Part shown: positions 7,907 through 16,362 of the stretch, piece by piece | Layout: each line of letters begins with the position of its first letter | Numbering within the stretch: position 1 is the first letter of the stretch | IMG/VR virus record: IMGVR_UViG_3300034108_000283 | Span: 51,897-115,896 of that record | DNA length: 64,000 nt | Reading direction: 5' to 3' (one strand) | Source: a virus | Lineage: Duplodnaviria > Caudoviricetes | Notes under the pieces: generated by a model | The model's input: the letters and a program-made list of their open reading frames with translations, nothing else | Database searches by the model: none | Told to the model about the DNA's origin: nothing | Translations under genes and position numbers: made by a program

Positions 7907-8237
7907 AGTTATTAGTTTCTCATACAATAGAAGTTGTGCTATATACTGTCTTCTCTGTGTGTGTGGTTGTGCTGTTGGCTCGGTTGTCTCAGCACCCTCC
8001 CCCCTCTGTGTCATAGTCTTCTGCTCAGCTTTTGCATCTGTTGTCTCTGCTCTGTTCTGTCTCTGCTAGCATCCACACACTTTTCCTGTGTCAGAGTTTT
8101 TTAGATTTTTTCCTAGATTCAGGCTTGCTCCCTCAGCTTCATAGGGGGTATGCCACTTTTTCTCAGAGCCCCGGGGGTTTTTGCTATATGCCCCATCTCA
8201 CACTCTTATATAGTACAACTTAATTATCTTAAAAAAA

Positions 8238-8268
8238 TTTGGTATGTTTAGAATTATGTATATATTTG
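8238..8268 (+). promoter_or_regulatory. Bacteroidota sigma70-type promoter (-33 TTTG / -7 TATATTTG)
   Basis: TTTG at 8238 and TATATTTG at 8261. The same -7 box occurs at 8354, 9451, 9547, 10862, 21826 and as TACATTTG at 47339, all intergenic. Confidence 0.7.
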
Positions 8269-8269
8269 T

Positions 8270-8335
8270 TGAGCTAATAACTTTCATTTTAGGATTAATA
8301 CTAAGAGCCCCGGAACTACAGTCTGGGGTTTTTTT
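8270..8335 (+). ncRNA. Candidate small RNA 1
   Basis: Promoter, about 35 nt with no ORF, then a GC hairpin and U-tract. Confidence 0.5.
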
Positions 8336-8365
8336 ATTATATTATATATTATATATATTTGTATT

Positions 8366-8809
8366 ATGAAAAAGTATGACATGGGTAAGTATGTGCTCCT
8401 TGCCGGAGAAGATGCTACCAAGATATTTGACTACTATGATGTAGATGAGATGCACGGGTTGAACCGTAAAGATGCTCAGGCAGAAGAAGTAGATAAGACT
8501 GTAGGCAACGGGGTGTATATGTATGGGTGGACTAACTATGACCCTAATGATAAGAAGCTTACAACAAAAGCTCCACACAAACCATTCTTGTTTATTAACC
8601 TAGGTACATTTAAGAAGTACTCTATTACAGAGAAAGCTACCGCAGTTATGCATGAGACTATGCACATGAGTATCTTACTTAATAACTGGAACATCAAGGA
8701 TAAAGAAGAAGAGGTTATTGGTTTTGCTGAAGAACAAGCTAACAAGATTATTGATATACTAGGGTTTGATAAGAAGGAGCAGCCTAAGAAAGGGTTCTTC
8801 AAAAAATAA
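8366..8809 (+). CDS. Zincin-like metallopeptidase domain protein
   Basis: HExxH motif (MHETMH) with downstream EEE. Confidence 0.65.
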   Translation: MKKYDMGKYVLLAGEDATKIFDYYDVDEMHGLNRKDAQAEEVDKTVGNGVYMYGWTNYDPNDKKLTTKAPHKPFLFINLGTFKKYSITEKATAVMHETMHMSILLNNWNIKDKEEEVIGFAEEQANKIIDILGFDKKEQPKKGFFKK

Positions 8810-8812
8810 CAT

Positions 8813-9445
8813 ATGGCATATATAGAACATAACTTCTTTCCTCTCAAGGTATTTGTTAGGAATGAGTACATGTACCAACACCAAAAAGGTTTAGGAGAAT
8901 TTACCCCGGGGGTAATAGTATCAGTTAGATGTATGCCGGGACAAGCTGCATTGTTCCAGGTACTACTTGAGAATGGTGTACTTAGAGATAAGTTACCTAG
9001 TCATGCTTTACTTACTGAACCAAAACTTCCAGATCCAGATCTACCATTTCATTATCTACAGATATGGAATTGCTTCTCATATAGATTTACTTTACTACAT
9101 CTATCATATGTATATGATACTAAAGTAGAAGTGTATATGAAGGACCATAAGTTTCACCCGGGTAGTTACTATGCTACTATTAACTGGGGAGCTAATGATT
9201 TTAATACAGACCTGTCTCTAGCTGAAGATGCACTAGAGCATAAGAGTCACCATATCATATTATTAGATAATGGACAGATAGCATTGCAACCAAACAACAG
9301 AATCAAATGGTCAGAACCTAGCTTTGTTACTAAGCCTTTTCCAGAGAGACCGGATTATTTAGTTAATAAAGATTACTATAATTGTGAGGGATTTGACAAG
9401 TGGCATACAGAAGATTCTGAAAGAATGTTTTATGATAATGAATAA
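8813..9445 (+). CDS. Conserved hypothetical phage protein
   Basis: 210-aa ORF (VRNEYMY, LQIWNCFS, EHKSHH, QPNNRI) resembling a family common in aquatic phages. Confidence 0.75.
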   Translation: MAYIEHNFFPLKVFVRNEYMYQHQKGLGEFTPGVIVSVRCMPGQAALFQVLLENGVLRDKLPSHALLTEPKLPDPDLPFHYLQIWNCFSYRFTLLHLSYVYDTKVEVYMKDHKFHPGSYYATINWGANDFNTDLSLAEDALEHKSHHIILLDNGQIALQPNNRIKWSEPSFVTKPFPERPDYLVNKDYYNCEGFDKWHTEDSERMFYDNE

Positions 9446-9460
9446 TGTTGTATATTTGTA

Positions 9461-9525
9461 CAGTTCATAACATAACTTTTAATTGATTTAGCTGAAAGCC
9501 CTGGAAATTTTTTTCTGGGGTTTTT
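9461..9525 (+). ncRNA. Candidate small RNA 2
   Basis: TATATTTG promoter at 9451, a stem-loop, then a terminator; no ORF. Confidence 0.55.
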
Positions 9526-9603
9526 AGTTTAAATTAAAATAGTTTATATATTTGTGTCACCAACAAACCATGAGAGCAATAACTCCTAATTATTTATTTG
9601 ACT

Positions 9604-9912
9604 ATGACTGCCCAGCAAAAGCTGTTGTGGGAAAAGCTAACTAAAGAAGTTAGAGATGCCGGCATGGACAATCTCCGTGCCCGGGAGCTCTATGATGAAC
9701 TAAGTAAATTATTAAATATGTCAGATAAAACATTGATATCTATTACAGAAAAAGAATCAGGACTAGAAGTTAGGATTCATGAAGAAGCATATGGTAATCT
9801 AGCTCTTATAGGTTTATTAGAAAAGATCAAGTTGAATATTTTAGATTCTCTTCCTGATGATAAAGAACTAGAAGAATCTAAAGCAACAACCAAGCAGAAA
9901 TATGATGCATAA
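9604..9912 (+). CDS. Hypothetical protein
   Basis: ORF after the promoter at 9547; start uncertain (9604 or 9718). Confidence 0.6.
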   Translation: MTAQQKLLWEKLTKEVRDAGMDNLRARELYDELSKLLNMSDKTLISITEKESGLEVRIHEEAYGNLALIGLLEKIKLNILDSLPDDKELEESKATTKQKYDA

Positions 9913-9929
9913 TTTTTAAAACCAACAAT

Positions 9930-10214
9930 ATGTCAGAAGAAACAGTTTACCCAACACCTGGTAATATACAGGCTAATGAAACTAAGATAACTCCATTTGG
10001 ATATAAAATCTTAGGTATCAAAGAAGATGCGGAAGATACATCAGATGTTTATAAAGTAAAAGTATTAGCAGCAGAGATTGCTGAGATTATGAAGAAGAAC
10101 TATGAAGCAGAAAGGGTACCCTTAAAGAGTCTCCTGTTTGATCACGCAGTAGGAGAAATTCTTAATGCATCTATGTCAGTAGTAAAAGTATTAACATTTA
10201 AAAATGAGGAATGA
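9930..10214 (+). CDS. Acb2/Tad1-like helical-hairpin protein (candidate nucleotide-signal sponge)
   Basis: FGxKxxGI...VxKVKxLxAEI...AVGEIxNAxMxVVKVLT pattern and 94-aa size resemble Acb2/Tad1-type hairpin proteins. Confidence 0.45.
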   Translation: MSEETVYPTPGNIQANETKITPFGYKILGIKEDAEDTSDVYKVKVLAAEIAEIMKKNYEAERVPLKSLLFDHAVGEILNASMSVVKVLTFKNEE

Positions 10215-10504
10215 GTAATTTTAAAAAACTAAGAGGCCGAGCTATATTGCTTAATGTGCCACAGAGAAAGAAGTCAGTTATTGAACTGTCTGCAAAAGAT
10301 GAAGAAGCTATGATGCAAGAAGCAGCTAAACTTTGGAGCAAACTTGCTGTATATGCTATAGGAGATAAAGTAGAAGAAGTAGCTGTAGGTGATGAAGTGT
10401 ATGTAAGAACAGGATCTCTAAACATGGAGACTGTTGAGAGAATAGAAATTGATGGTGAGATTAAACTTCTCCTTACTGAAGGTGATGTTGTTATAATCTG
10501 GTAG
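10211..10504 (+). CDS. GroES-like co-chaperonin
   Basis: LRGRAILL...VYAIGDKVEEVAVGDEVYV...IEIDGEIKLLLTEGDVV; 97 aa. Confidence 0.75.
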   Translation: MSNFKKLRGRAILLNVPQRKKSVIELSAKDEEAMMQEAAKLWSKLAVYAIGDKVEEVAVGDEVYVRTGSLNMETVERIEIDGEIKLLLTEGDVVIIW

Positions 10505-10506
10505 TC

Positions 10507-10851
10507 ATGGATAAAAAGAAAACTCCGGTATCTCCTTATCCCGGCATGGCAGATGGAGTTATTGGTAGAAATACTAGCACTGTTACTTCCACTTTTGGAC
10601 CTGGAAAAGATCTTACTGATAGAATAGTAAAACTATCTCCGGGACCAAGACCTGTATACTATGGTGGACAATCTAATCCTTATGAAGTATTTCAAGTACT
10701 TGAAGCTTGGGGTCTGGATAGAGACTTCTATTTAGGCAATGTCATTAAATATGTAGTAAGAGCTGGTAAAAAGAATCCGGGAGCATACAAAGAGGATCTG
10801 GAAAAAGCTATAGTATATCTCCAAAAGAGAATAGAAAGTTTGGATAAATAA
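10507..10851 (+). CDS. DUF3310 / T7 gp1.7-like nucleotide kinase family protein
   Basis: PxYY...FYLGNVIKYVVRAGKK...EDLEKAIVYL signature. Confidence 0.8.
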   Translation: MDKKKTPVSPYPGMADGVIGRNTSTVTSTFGPGKDLTDRIVKLSPGPRPVYYGGQSNPYEVFQVLEAWGLDRDFYLGNVIKYVVRAGKKNPGAYKEDLEKAIVYLQKRIESLDK

Positions 10852-10874
10852 ATATTCTTTCTATATTTGTCTAC

Positions 10875-11069
10875 ATGAAAGCTATTTTAGTAATATTGCT
10901 GATAGGTGTAATTGGAGTATGTTGGATAGTTGCCAATGCTTTTAATAAACCTGTACTTAATAAAATGAAAAACTATTATGAAGATGATATAGAAGGTAGA
11001 CAGATTGCTAATGCTTTAATAGGTGTTATGATTCTGCTGTCTTTTCTTATCGGATATATTGTTGCTTAA
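10875..11069 (+). CDS. Small two-TM membrane protein
   Basis: Two hydrophobic helices; own promoter. Confidence 0.7.
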   Translation: MKAILVILLIGVIGVCWIVANAFNKPVLNKMKNYYEDDIEGRQIANALIGVMILLSFLIGYIVA

Positions 11070-11119
11070 CAACCTGTTATCTCCTTTTGCGCTAATCTTG
11101 TTAACCTGTTAAGCAACTT

Positions 11120-11149
11120 AATCCTCAGTTTTTTAACTGGGGATTTTTT
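11120..11149 (+). terminator. Intrinsic terminator
   Basis: AATCCTCAGTT...AACTGGGATT followed by a T-tract. Confidence 0.7.
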
Positions 11150-11163
11150 TATATCAAATATTT

Positions 11164-11174
11164 TTTGTATATTA
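11164..11174 (+). promoter_or_regulatory. Late-gene motif TTWGTATATTA
   Basis: Also at 18074, 29904, 33801, 40189, 45001, 47363 and 58710, all upstream of structural or lysis genes. Confidence 0.65.
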
Positions 11175-11201
11175 TAGTGTATATTTATAAAAACAATAAT
11201 C

Positions 11202-12176
11202 ATGGATATTTTAAATTTCATTTCTTGGATAAGAGGACGCAGACAAGTAACATCTGTTGATCCGGCTAAATCTCTATTACCAGTTGGTCTTAAGGACGGT
11301 AGAAGAGATGATGAATACTTAGCAGGTGCTATATCAGTAGAAGACTTTACAGCTCAAGTAGCTTCTGTAATTCCATCAGGTGCCCAAGGACCAATAGGCC
11401 CACAGGGTGTACCAGGACCAGTAGGTCCAGCAGGATTAAACTGGCAAGGTGCATGGTCTGCAGCAGGTACATATGTAGTTGATGATGCTGTAGGATATGG
11501 TGGAGCATCTTGGTTTTGTATTGCTAACGTAGGACCTTCAGCAACTACACCTAACTTAGATCCAACTAAATGGGCACTATTAGCATCACAAGGAGCTACA
11601 GGACCCCAAGGACCTCAAGGTATTCAAGGAATACAAGGACCATCAGGATCAGGATTGCCAGGAACAGTAATAAGTCAAACACAGTGGTGGACAGGTGCTT
11701 CATGGGCACCATCTACAGGATTAAGCCATAATGGATTGGGTAATGTTGGTATTAATAACACACCAGCATTAACTTATAAATTATTCATTAATGCTAATAC
11801 AGGATTTGGTCAAACCATAAGAAATACAACAGTTAATGGAGGTATAACAAATCAATTACAAACAGCTACTGCAACTGTCAACTGGGGTTTAAATAATTCT
11901 ACTCATCCCTTTCCTAATTCATTTTTTTTGGCAAGAGCAGATGCATCAGTAATGAAGTTTATGACAAGTAATGTTGATAGACTTATTATTCAAGGTAACG
12001 GTCAAGTAACAATAGGACAATCATTAGCAACAAACACTGATGCAAATTTTGTAGTTAAAAACAATGACATAGAAGTTGAAGAAATAGGTAAAGGTGTTAT
12101 ATTATCTTCTCCTAATGGCACAAGATATAGAATAACTGTATCAGATCTTGGTGTATTAAGTACAACTGCTGTATAA
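11202..12176 (+). CDS. Collagen-repeat fibre protein (MDILN family, paralog 1)
   Basis: G-x-y repeats, a WQGAW..Y..DD.V.YGG.SW module, and a fibre-like C-terminus (SPNGTRYRITV). Confidence 0.8.
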   Translation: MDILNFISWIRGRRQVTSVDPAKSLLPVGLKDGRRDDEYLAGAISVEDFTAQVASVIPSGAQGPIGPQGVPGPVGPAGLNWQGAWSAAGTYVVDDAVGYGGASWFCIANVGPSATTPNLDPTKWALLASQGATGPQGPQGIQGIQGPSGSGLPGTVISQTQWWTGASWAPSTGLSHNGLGNVGINNTPALTYKLFINANTGFGQTIRNTTVNGGITNQLQTATATVNWGLNNSTHPFPNSFFLARADASVMKFMTSNVDRLIIQGNGQVTIGQSLATNTDANFVVKNNDIEVEEIGKGVILSSPNGTRYRITVSDLGVLSTTAV

Positions 12177-12192
12177 TTAAAAATAAATTATC

Positions 12193-12822
12193 ATGGATAT
12201 ACTTAATTTTATATCTTGGGTTAGAGGTGGTAGAAAAGTTACTACAGTAGACCCTGCAAAAACATTACTTCCTGTAGGTCTTAAAGATGGCCGCAGAGAT
12301 GATGATTATCTTGCAGGAGCAATAACTGTGGAAGACTTTGCTAACTTAGTAGGAGATCCTTCTGTAACTTTTGTTGAAGGTTCCCTTGAACCAGCTGTTC
12401 AAGCTACTATGACTGCAATAGGAGGAACTATTACAACATCTAATAGTGGTGCATATAAAAAATATAGAATACAAGGAAAAGCAAGAGTTACTGGTTCTGC
12501 AACTTATGCATTATTAATTGGTGTGGTATCTGGTTCTGATGAGCTATTAAGAGTTAGAGAAGACTCTGTTATTCTTGCTGATGATACAAATGTATATGAT
12601 ACTGTTGCTTCTGCCATGGCAAGAACTGTTTTAGTAGCAGATACTAGTGGTAATTTAATTTCAACAACATCTACTTTTATAGCAGATGATAATACAATTA
12701 GTGCCCCAGAAGATCATTGGTTTACATTAGTAATGACAGCAGGTGCAACTTTTGATGCAACAGTAATAATTGATTTTACAATAGCTGTACCTATATCATT
12801 AACAGTAGAATTTTTTAATTAA
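12193..12822 (+). CDS. Virion fibre/decoration protein (MDILN paralog 2)
   Basis: Shares the ~50-aa N-terminal domain with 11202. Confidence 0.7.
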   Translation: MDILNFISWVRGGRKVTTVDPAKTLLPVGLKDGRRDDDYLAGAITVEDFANLVGDPSVTFVEGSLEPAVQATMTAIGGTITTSNSGAYKKYRIQGKARVTGSATYALLIGVVSGSDELLRVREDSVILADDTNVYDTVASAMARTVLVADTSGNLISTTSTFIADDNTISAPEDHWFTLVMTAGATFDATVIIDFTIAVPISLTVEFFN

Positions 12823-12832
12823 AATATATATT

Positions 12833-12949
12833 ATGAAAAATAATAGTTTAACAGCATATCTAGAAAAAAAATATGGTAGAGATTCTGGAAAAATTATAAG
12901 TAATTATAATAGTCAGAAACAAAAATATGTTCAACAAGGTAAAAAATAA
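12833..12949 (+). CDS. Small basic protein (38 aa, not in the ORF track)
   Basis: Fills the gap between two paralogs; AT-rich leader. Confidence 0.45.
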   Translation: MKNNSLTAYLEKKYGRDSGKIISNYNSQKQKYVQQGKK

Positions 12950-12952
12950 ATC

Positions 12953-13504
12953 ATGGATATTTTAAATTGGCTGTATACTAAAGCAGCAGGTCTAGTAAAG
13001 ACCAAAGCAAATGATCCTAACACAGATCTAATAGCATTAGGTGCTAATGTAGGATTTAACAGAAGAGATGATCAGTATCAGACTTATGGAATGACTCTTA
13101 AAAACTGTGTGCAATCAGGTTGCACGGGTAACACTAAGCATTATGAGTTAAATATTACAGCTACTAATGTAGTAACAGTAGATACTCCCCGTGGTATTAT
13201 TGATATTACTGGTATGGGTTCATCTGTTCCTTTAACCCCTGCGTTAGCTTATGGTAGTTCAGTAGGTTTCTTAATTAATAACCCAGATCTAGATCTTAGT
13301 ATAGCAAACAGAGATAATATATATTTACAGTATTCTGTATATTACAAAAACACTATAACTGATAATGCTATTCCATATTTAATATCTACAGGAGTTGCAA
13401 ATGGATTAGAGTTTAATCTTTATAATGCTAACCCTACATTAGCTGGTGCTAATAACTGGGATGGTGATTTGTATGTTTACTATGAACTATACACACTTAA
13501 ATAG
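12953..13504 (+). CDS. Virion fibre/decoration protein (MDILN paralog 3, divergent)
   Basis: MDILNW...RRDDQY N-terminus. Confidence 0.7.
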   Translation: MDILNWLYTKAAGLVKTKANDPNTDLIALGANVGFNRRDDQYQTYGMTLKNCVQSGCTGNTKHYELNITATNVVTVDTPRGIIDITGMGSSVPLTPALAYGSSVGFLINNPDLDLSIANRDNIYLQYSVYYKNTITDNAIPYLISTGVANGLEFNLYNANPTLAGANNWDGDLYVYYELYTLK

Positions 13505-13556
13505 TACCTGTATTTTCAGATGGTGCAAATTGGGTATTAGGATAAAATAAATAATC

Positions 13557-14474
13557 ATGGATATTCTAAACTTTATTTCTTGGATTAAAGGCAGGAGACA
13601 AGTTACTACTGTTGATGCCGCTAAGACTCTTATACCCGTAGGTTTAAAAGATGGACGTAGAGATGATGAGTATATTGCTGGTGCCATTACAGTAGAAGAC
13701 TTTGTAGCACAATATGGTACTGGTCCGCAAGGACCTCCAGGGATTCCAGGAGCCAATGGTGCTCCAGGTATACAAGGTCCTATTGGACCTCAAGGCGTTC
13801 CTGGACCGGTGGGACCCGCAGGTCTTACATGGCAAGGTCTATGGTCAGCAGCTACAATATATGCAGATAATGATTCAGTATCTTTTGGAGGAGCTAGTTA
13901 TTTCTGTTATAATCCTGCAGGTGTAGGACCATCAGCTCTAAATCCAACTGTAGATACAGCTAACTGGGCTTTATTAGCAGCAGAAGGCGCAACAGGTCCC
14001 CAAGGCCCACAGGGTATAGCTGGATCAGGATCACCAAGTTTTGCATCATCAGGTTTGTTTACTACTAATAGTCTTACAAATGATCAGTTGACATCAATAC
14101 TAATTCCAGCAAATACTTTTTCTGGAAATGAAGGTTTATCTTTTTCTGCACAATTTATTAAAGATCAACCGACTATAGCTACAACAACATATTATATAAA
14201 CACTAGTAATACATTATCAGGAGCTACATTATTAGCTACATTTACTTCACTAAGTACATCAAGGTATATGGGTATAGTTAGAACAATGTATATTGATGGT
14301 TCATCTACATATGTTTTTAATGTATCTGCCAGTAGCAATTCTGATAATGCTGTAAGCAATGTGGCACCATCAACAGTAACAATAGATTGGACACAAAATC
14401 AATACTTAATTGTTGCAGGAAGAGTAGATAATGCATTATATGCTTTAACATGCAGAGGAGTAAGAATTTATTAA
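13557..14474 (+). CDS. Collagen-repeat fibre protein (MDILN paralog 4)
   Basis: Same N-terminal domain and collagen repeats as 11202, different C-terminus. Confidence 0.8.
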   Translation: MDILNFISWIKGRRQVTTVDAAKTLIPVGLKDGRRDDEYIAGAITVEDFVAQYGTGPQGPPGIPGANGAPGIQGPIGPQGVPGPVGPAGLTWQGLWSAATIYADNDSVSFGGASYFCYNPAGVGPSALNPTVDTANWALLAAEGATGPQGPQGIAGSGSPSFASSGLFTTNSLTNDQLTSILIPANTFSGNEGLSFSAQFIKDQPTIATTTYYINTSNTLSGATLLATFTSLSTSRYMGIVRTMYIDGSSTYVFNVSASSNSDNAVSNVAPSTVTIDWTQNQYLIVAGRVDNALYALTCRGVRIY

Positions 14475-14484
14475 AACTAAAATT

Positions 14485-15096
14485 ATGTCAATAGGAAATT
14501 TAAAAGATTACGGTAATAAAGGTAATAACCTACCATATCAGTGGAGAGTATTACAAGGTTTACAAGAGATAGCTAATCAAACAGCACAACCATTAACTTG
14601 TGTAGAAGATTCAATAGCTATTTGCGCAGGTGGTAATTTATTAACAAGTACCACAATTGGTGCTGATATAGGCTTAGATGTAAATATCATAGGAGGTGTA
14701 ACATTAGAAGTAAATTTAGATGCAGCTAATGATCAAGTAGGTATTTATGGTTATGTAAATGGTGCATCTGGTTCTCCAGTTCCTTTAAATGTAAATGCTA
14801 CAGGTCAAGTTGCTATTCAAGATGGAGGTAATTCTATTACGGTTGATGGTGGTACTGGTGTTCAAAGAACTCCTAATTTTCTTAGACCTACTGGAACATC
14901 TGGAACTGTAACTGCTGGTGCATATTCAGTATCTTTTGCAAGTGTTGGAACTGCTAATGCTATTGTTGGTGGTATTACTTTAAAGACAGGAGAAACATTG
15001 AACTTTGATGCCGGAGCCATTAATAATACATTAGCTGCTATTACTTATGATACAACAACTGCCGGAGCTGAGTTAATAATTATAACTCTTACATAA
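14485..15096 (+). CDS. Putative virion fibre protein
   Basis: Gly/Thr/Val-rich beta composition; fibre-gene context. Confidence 0.6.
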   Translation: MSIGNLKDYGNKGNNLPYQWRVLQGLQEIANQTAQPLTCVEDSIAICAGGNLLTSTTIGADIGLDVNIIGGVTLEVNLDAANDQVGIYGYVNGASGSPVPLNVNATGQVAIQDGGNSITVDGGTGVQRTPNFLRPTGTSGTVTAGAYSVSFASVGTANAIVGGITLKTGETLNFDAGAINNTLAAITYDTTTAGAELIIITLT

Positions 15097-16346
15097 TGGC
15101 TACTATAGTATCTACTTCCAGCATATCTAATCAATCAATATTGGCTAATGACCCAATGTTGGGGGATGCATTTGGTAGATTAAGAGTATCAAATCCATTA
15201 ACACTATTTGATTCTTCACATAGATACCGAGATAATGGTTTATGGGCTACATCTACAGCAAGTGGAGGAGCAGCTGTGTTTAGTGCAAATGAAGGTTTAG
15301 TAAACCTAAATGTAAATACAACAAGTGGTTCACAAGTTCTTAGGGAAACATTTAAAGTGATGTCATATCAACCAGGTAAGTCTTTACTTGTAATGAACAC
15401 ATTTGTAATGGCTCCTGCTCAAACTAATCTTAGACAAAGAGTAGGTTACTTTGGTACAAATAATGGGCTTTACTTACAGCTTAATAATTCTACTTTAAGT
15501 TTTGTAGAAAGAAGTTTAGTTACAGGTGTAGTTACAGAATCAGTAGTTAATCAAGCTTCTTGGAATGCTGATCCATTAGATGGTAATGGTCCATCAGGAA
15601 TAACTTTAGATATTACTAAGGCTCAGATTTTATTCATGGATATTGAGTGGTTAGGAGAAGGTACTGTAAGATTAGGTTTTGTTATTGATGGTAACTTCAT
15701 TGTATGCCATAGATTTAATCATGCTAACTTAATTACATCTACTTATATTACTACAGCTTCATTACCACTTAGATATGAGATAACTAATACAGGAGTAACA
15801 GCTAGTCCAAGTACATTAAAACAAGTTTGTTCTACTGCAATATCTGAAGGTGGTTATGAACTTAGAGGGGCGCAACAAGCTATTGGTACTCCAATACTCA
15901 CTCCAAGAACTTTTGCAGTAGCAGGGACATTTTATCCTATTGTAGGAATAAGACTTAAAGCTACTACATTAGATGCTGTTGTTATTCTTACTGCTGTATC
16001 TTTGTTAGGATTAGGTAATGGTAAAAACTATGCATGGAGAGTTTTAAATGGGACTGCAATAACGGGAGGGGCTTGGACTCCTGCTTCAGCTGATTCCTCA
16101 GTAGAATATAATCTTACAGGTACATCAACTACAGGTGGTAGAGTATTAGCACAAGGATATATAAATTCATCCAATCAAGGTTCTCCAAGTATGGATATAC
16201 TAAAAGAAGCTTTATTTGCAGCTCAACTAGAAAGAAATACTTTTACAGGAGTAGCATTTGAAATAGTAATTGAAATGGCTATTGATGCTACAGGAGGAAC
16301 TTTAGGAGCTTATGCTTCAGTAGATTGGGAAGAAATAAGTAGATAA
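15096..16346 (+). CDS. Putative virion structural (lectin-like beta-sandwich) protein
   Basis: DAFGRLRVSNPLTLFDS...YQPGKS...EWLG.G.VR.GF family pattern common in phage tails. Confidence 0.65.
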   Translation: MATIVSTSSISNQSILANDPMLGDAFGRLRVSNPLTLFDSSHRYRDNGLWATSTASGGAAVFSANEGLVNLNVNTTSGSQVLRETFKVMSYQPGKSLLVMNTFVMAPAQTNLRQRVGYFGTNNGLYLQLNNSTLSFVERSLVTGVVTESVVNQASWNADPLDGNGPSGITLDITKAQILFMDIEWLGEGTVRLGFVIDGNFIVCHRFNHANLITSTYITTASLPLRYEITNTGVTASPSTLKQVCSTAISEGGYELRGAQQAIGTPILTPRTFAVAGTFYPIVGIRLKATTLDAVVILTAVSLLGLGNGKNYAWRVLNGTAITGGAWTPASADSSVEYNLTGTSTTGGRVLAQGYINSSNQGSPSMDILKEALFAAQLERNTFTGVAFEIVIEMAIDATGGTLGAYASVDWEEISR

Positions 16347-16362
16347 ATAAAACATATTAATA

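Larger units (their letters stand above)
4386..7936 (-). promoter_or_regulatory. Repeated early promoter motif CARCTTYTATTG (about 14 copies)
   Basis: Plus-strand CAATARAAGYTG or close variants at about 4386, 4938, 5222, 5682, 5878, 6186, 6439, 6674, 6861, 7116, 7344, 7611, 7693 and 7925; most lie 17-40 nt upstream of a start codon. Confidence 0.8.

Noticed and set aside
4386-7936. CRISPR array or integron attC array
   Set aside because: Repeats are only about 12 bp, irregularly spaced and separated by whole genes; there is no cas or integrase gene and no attC structure.
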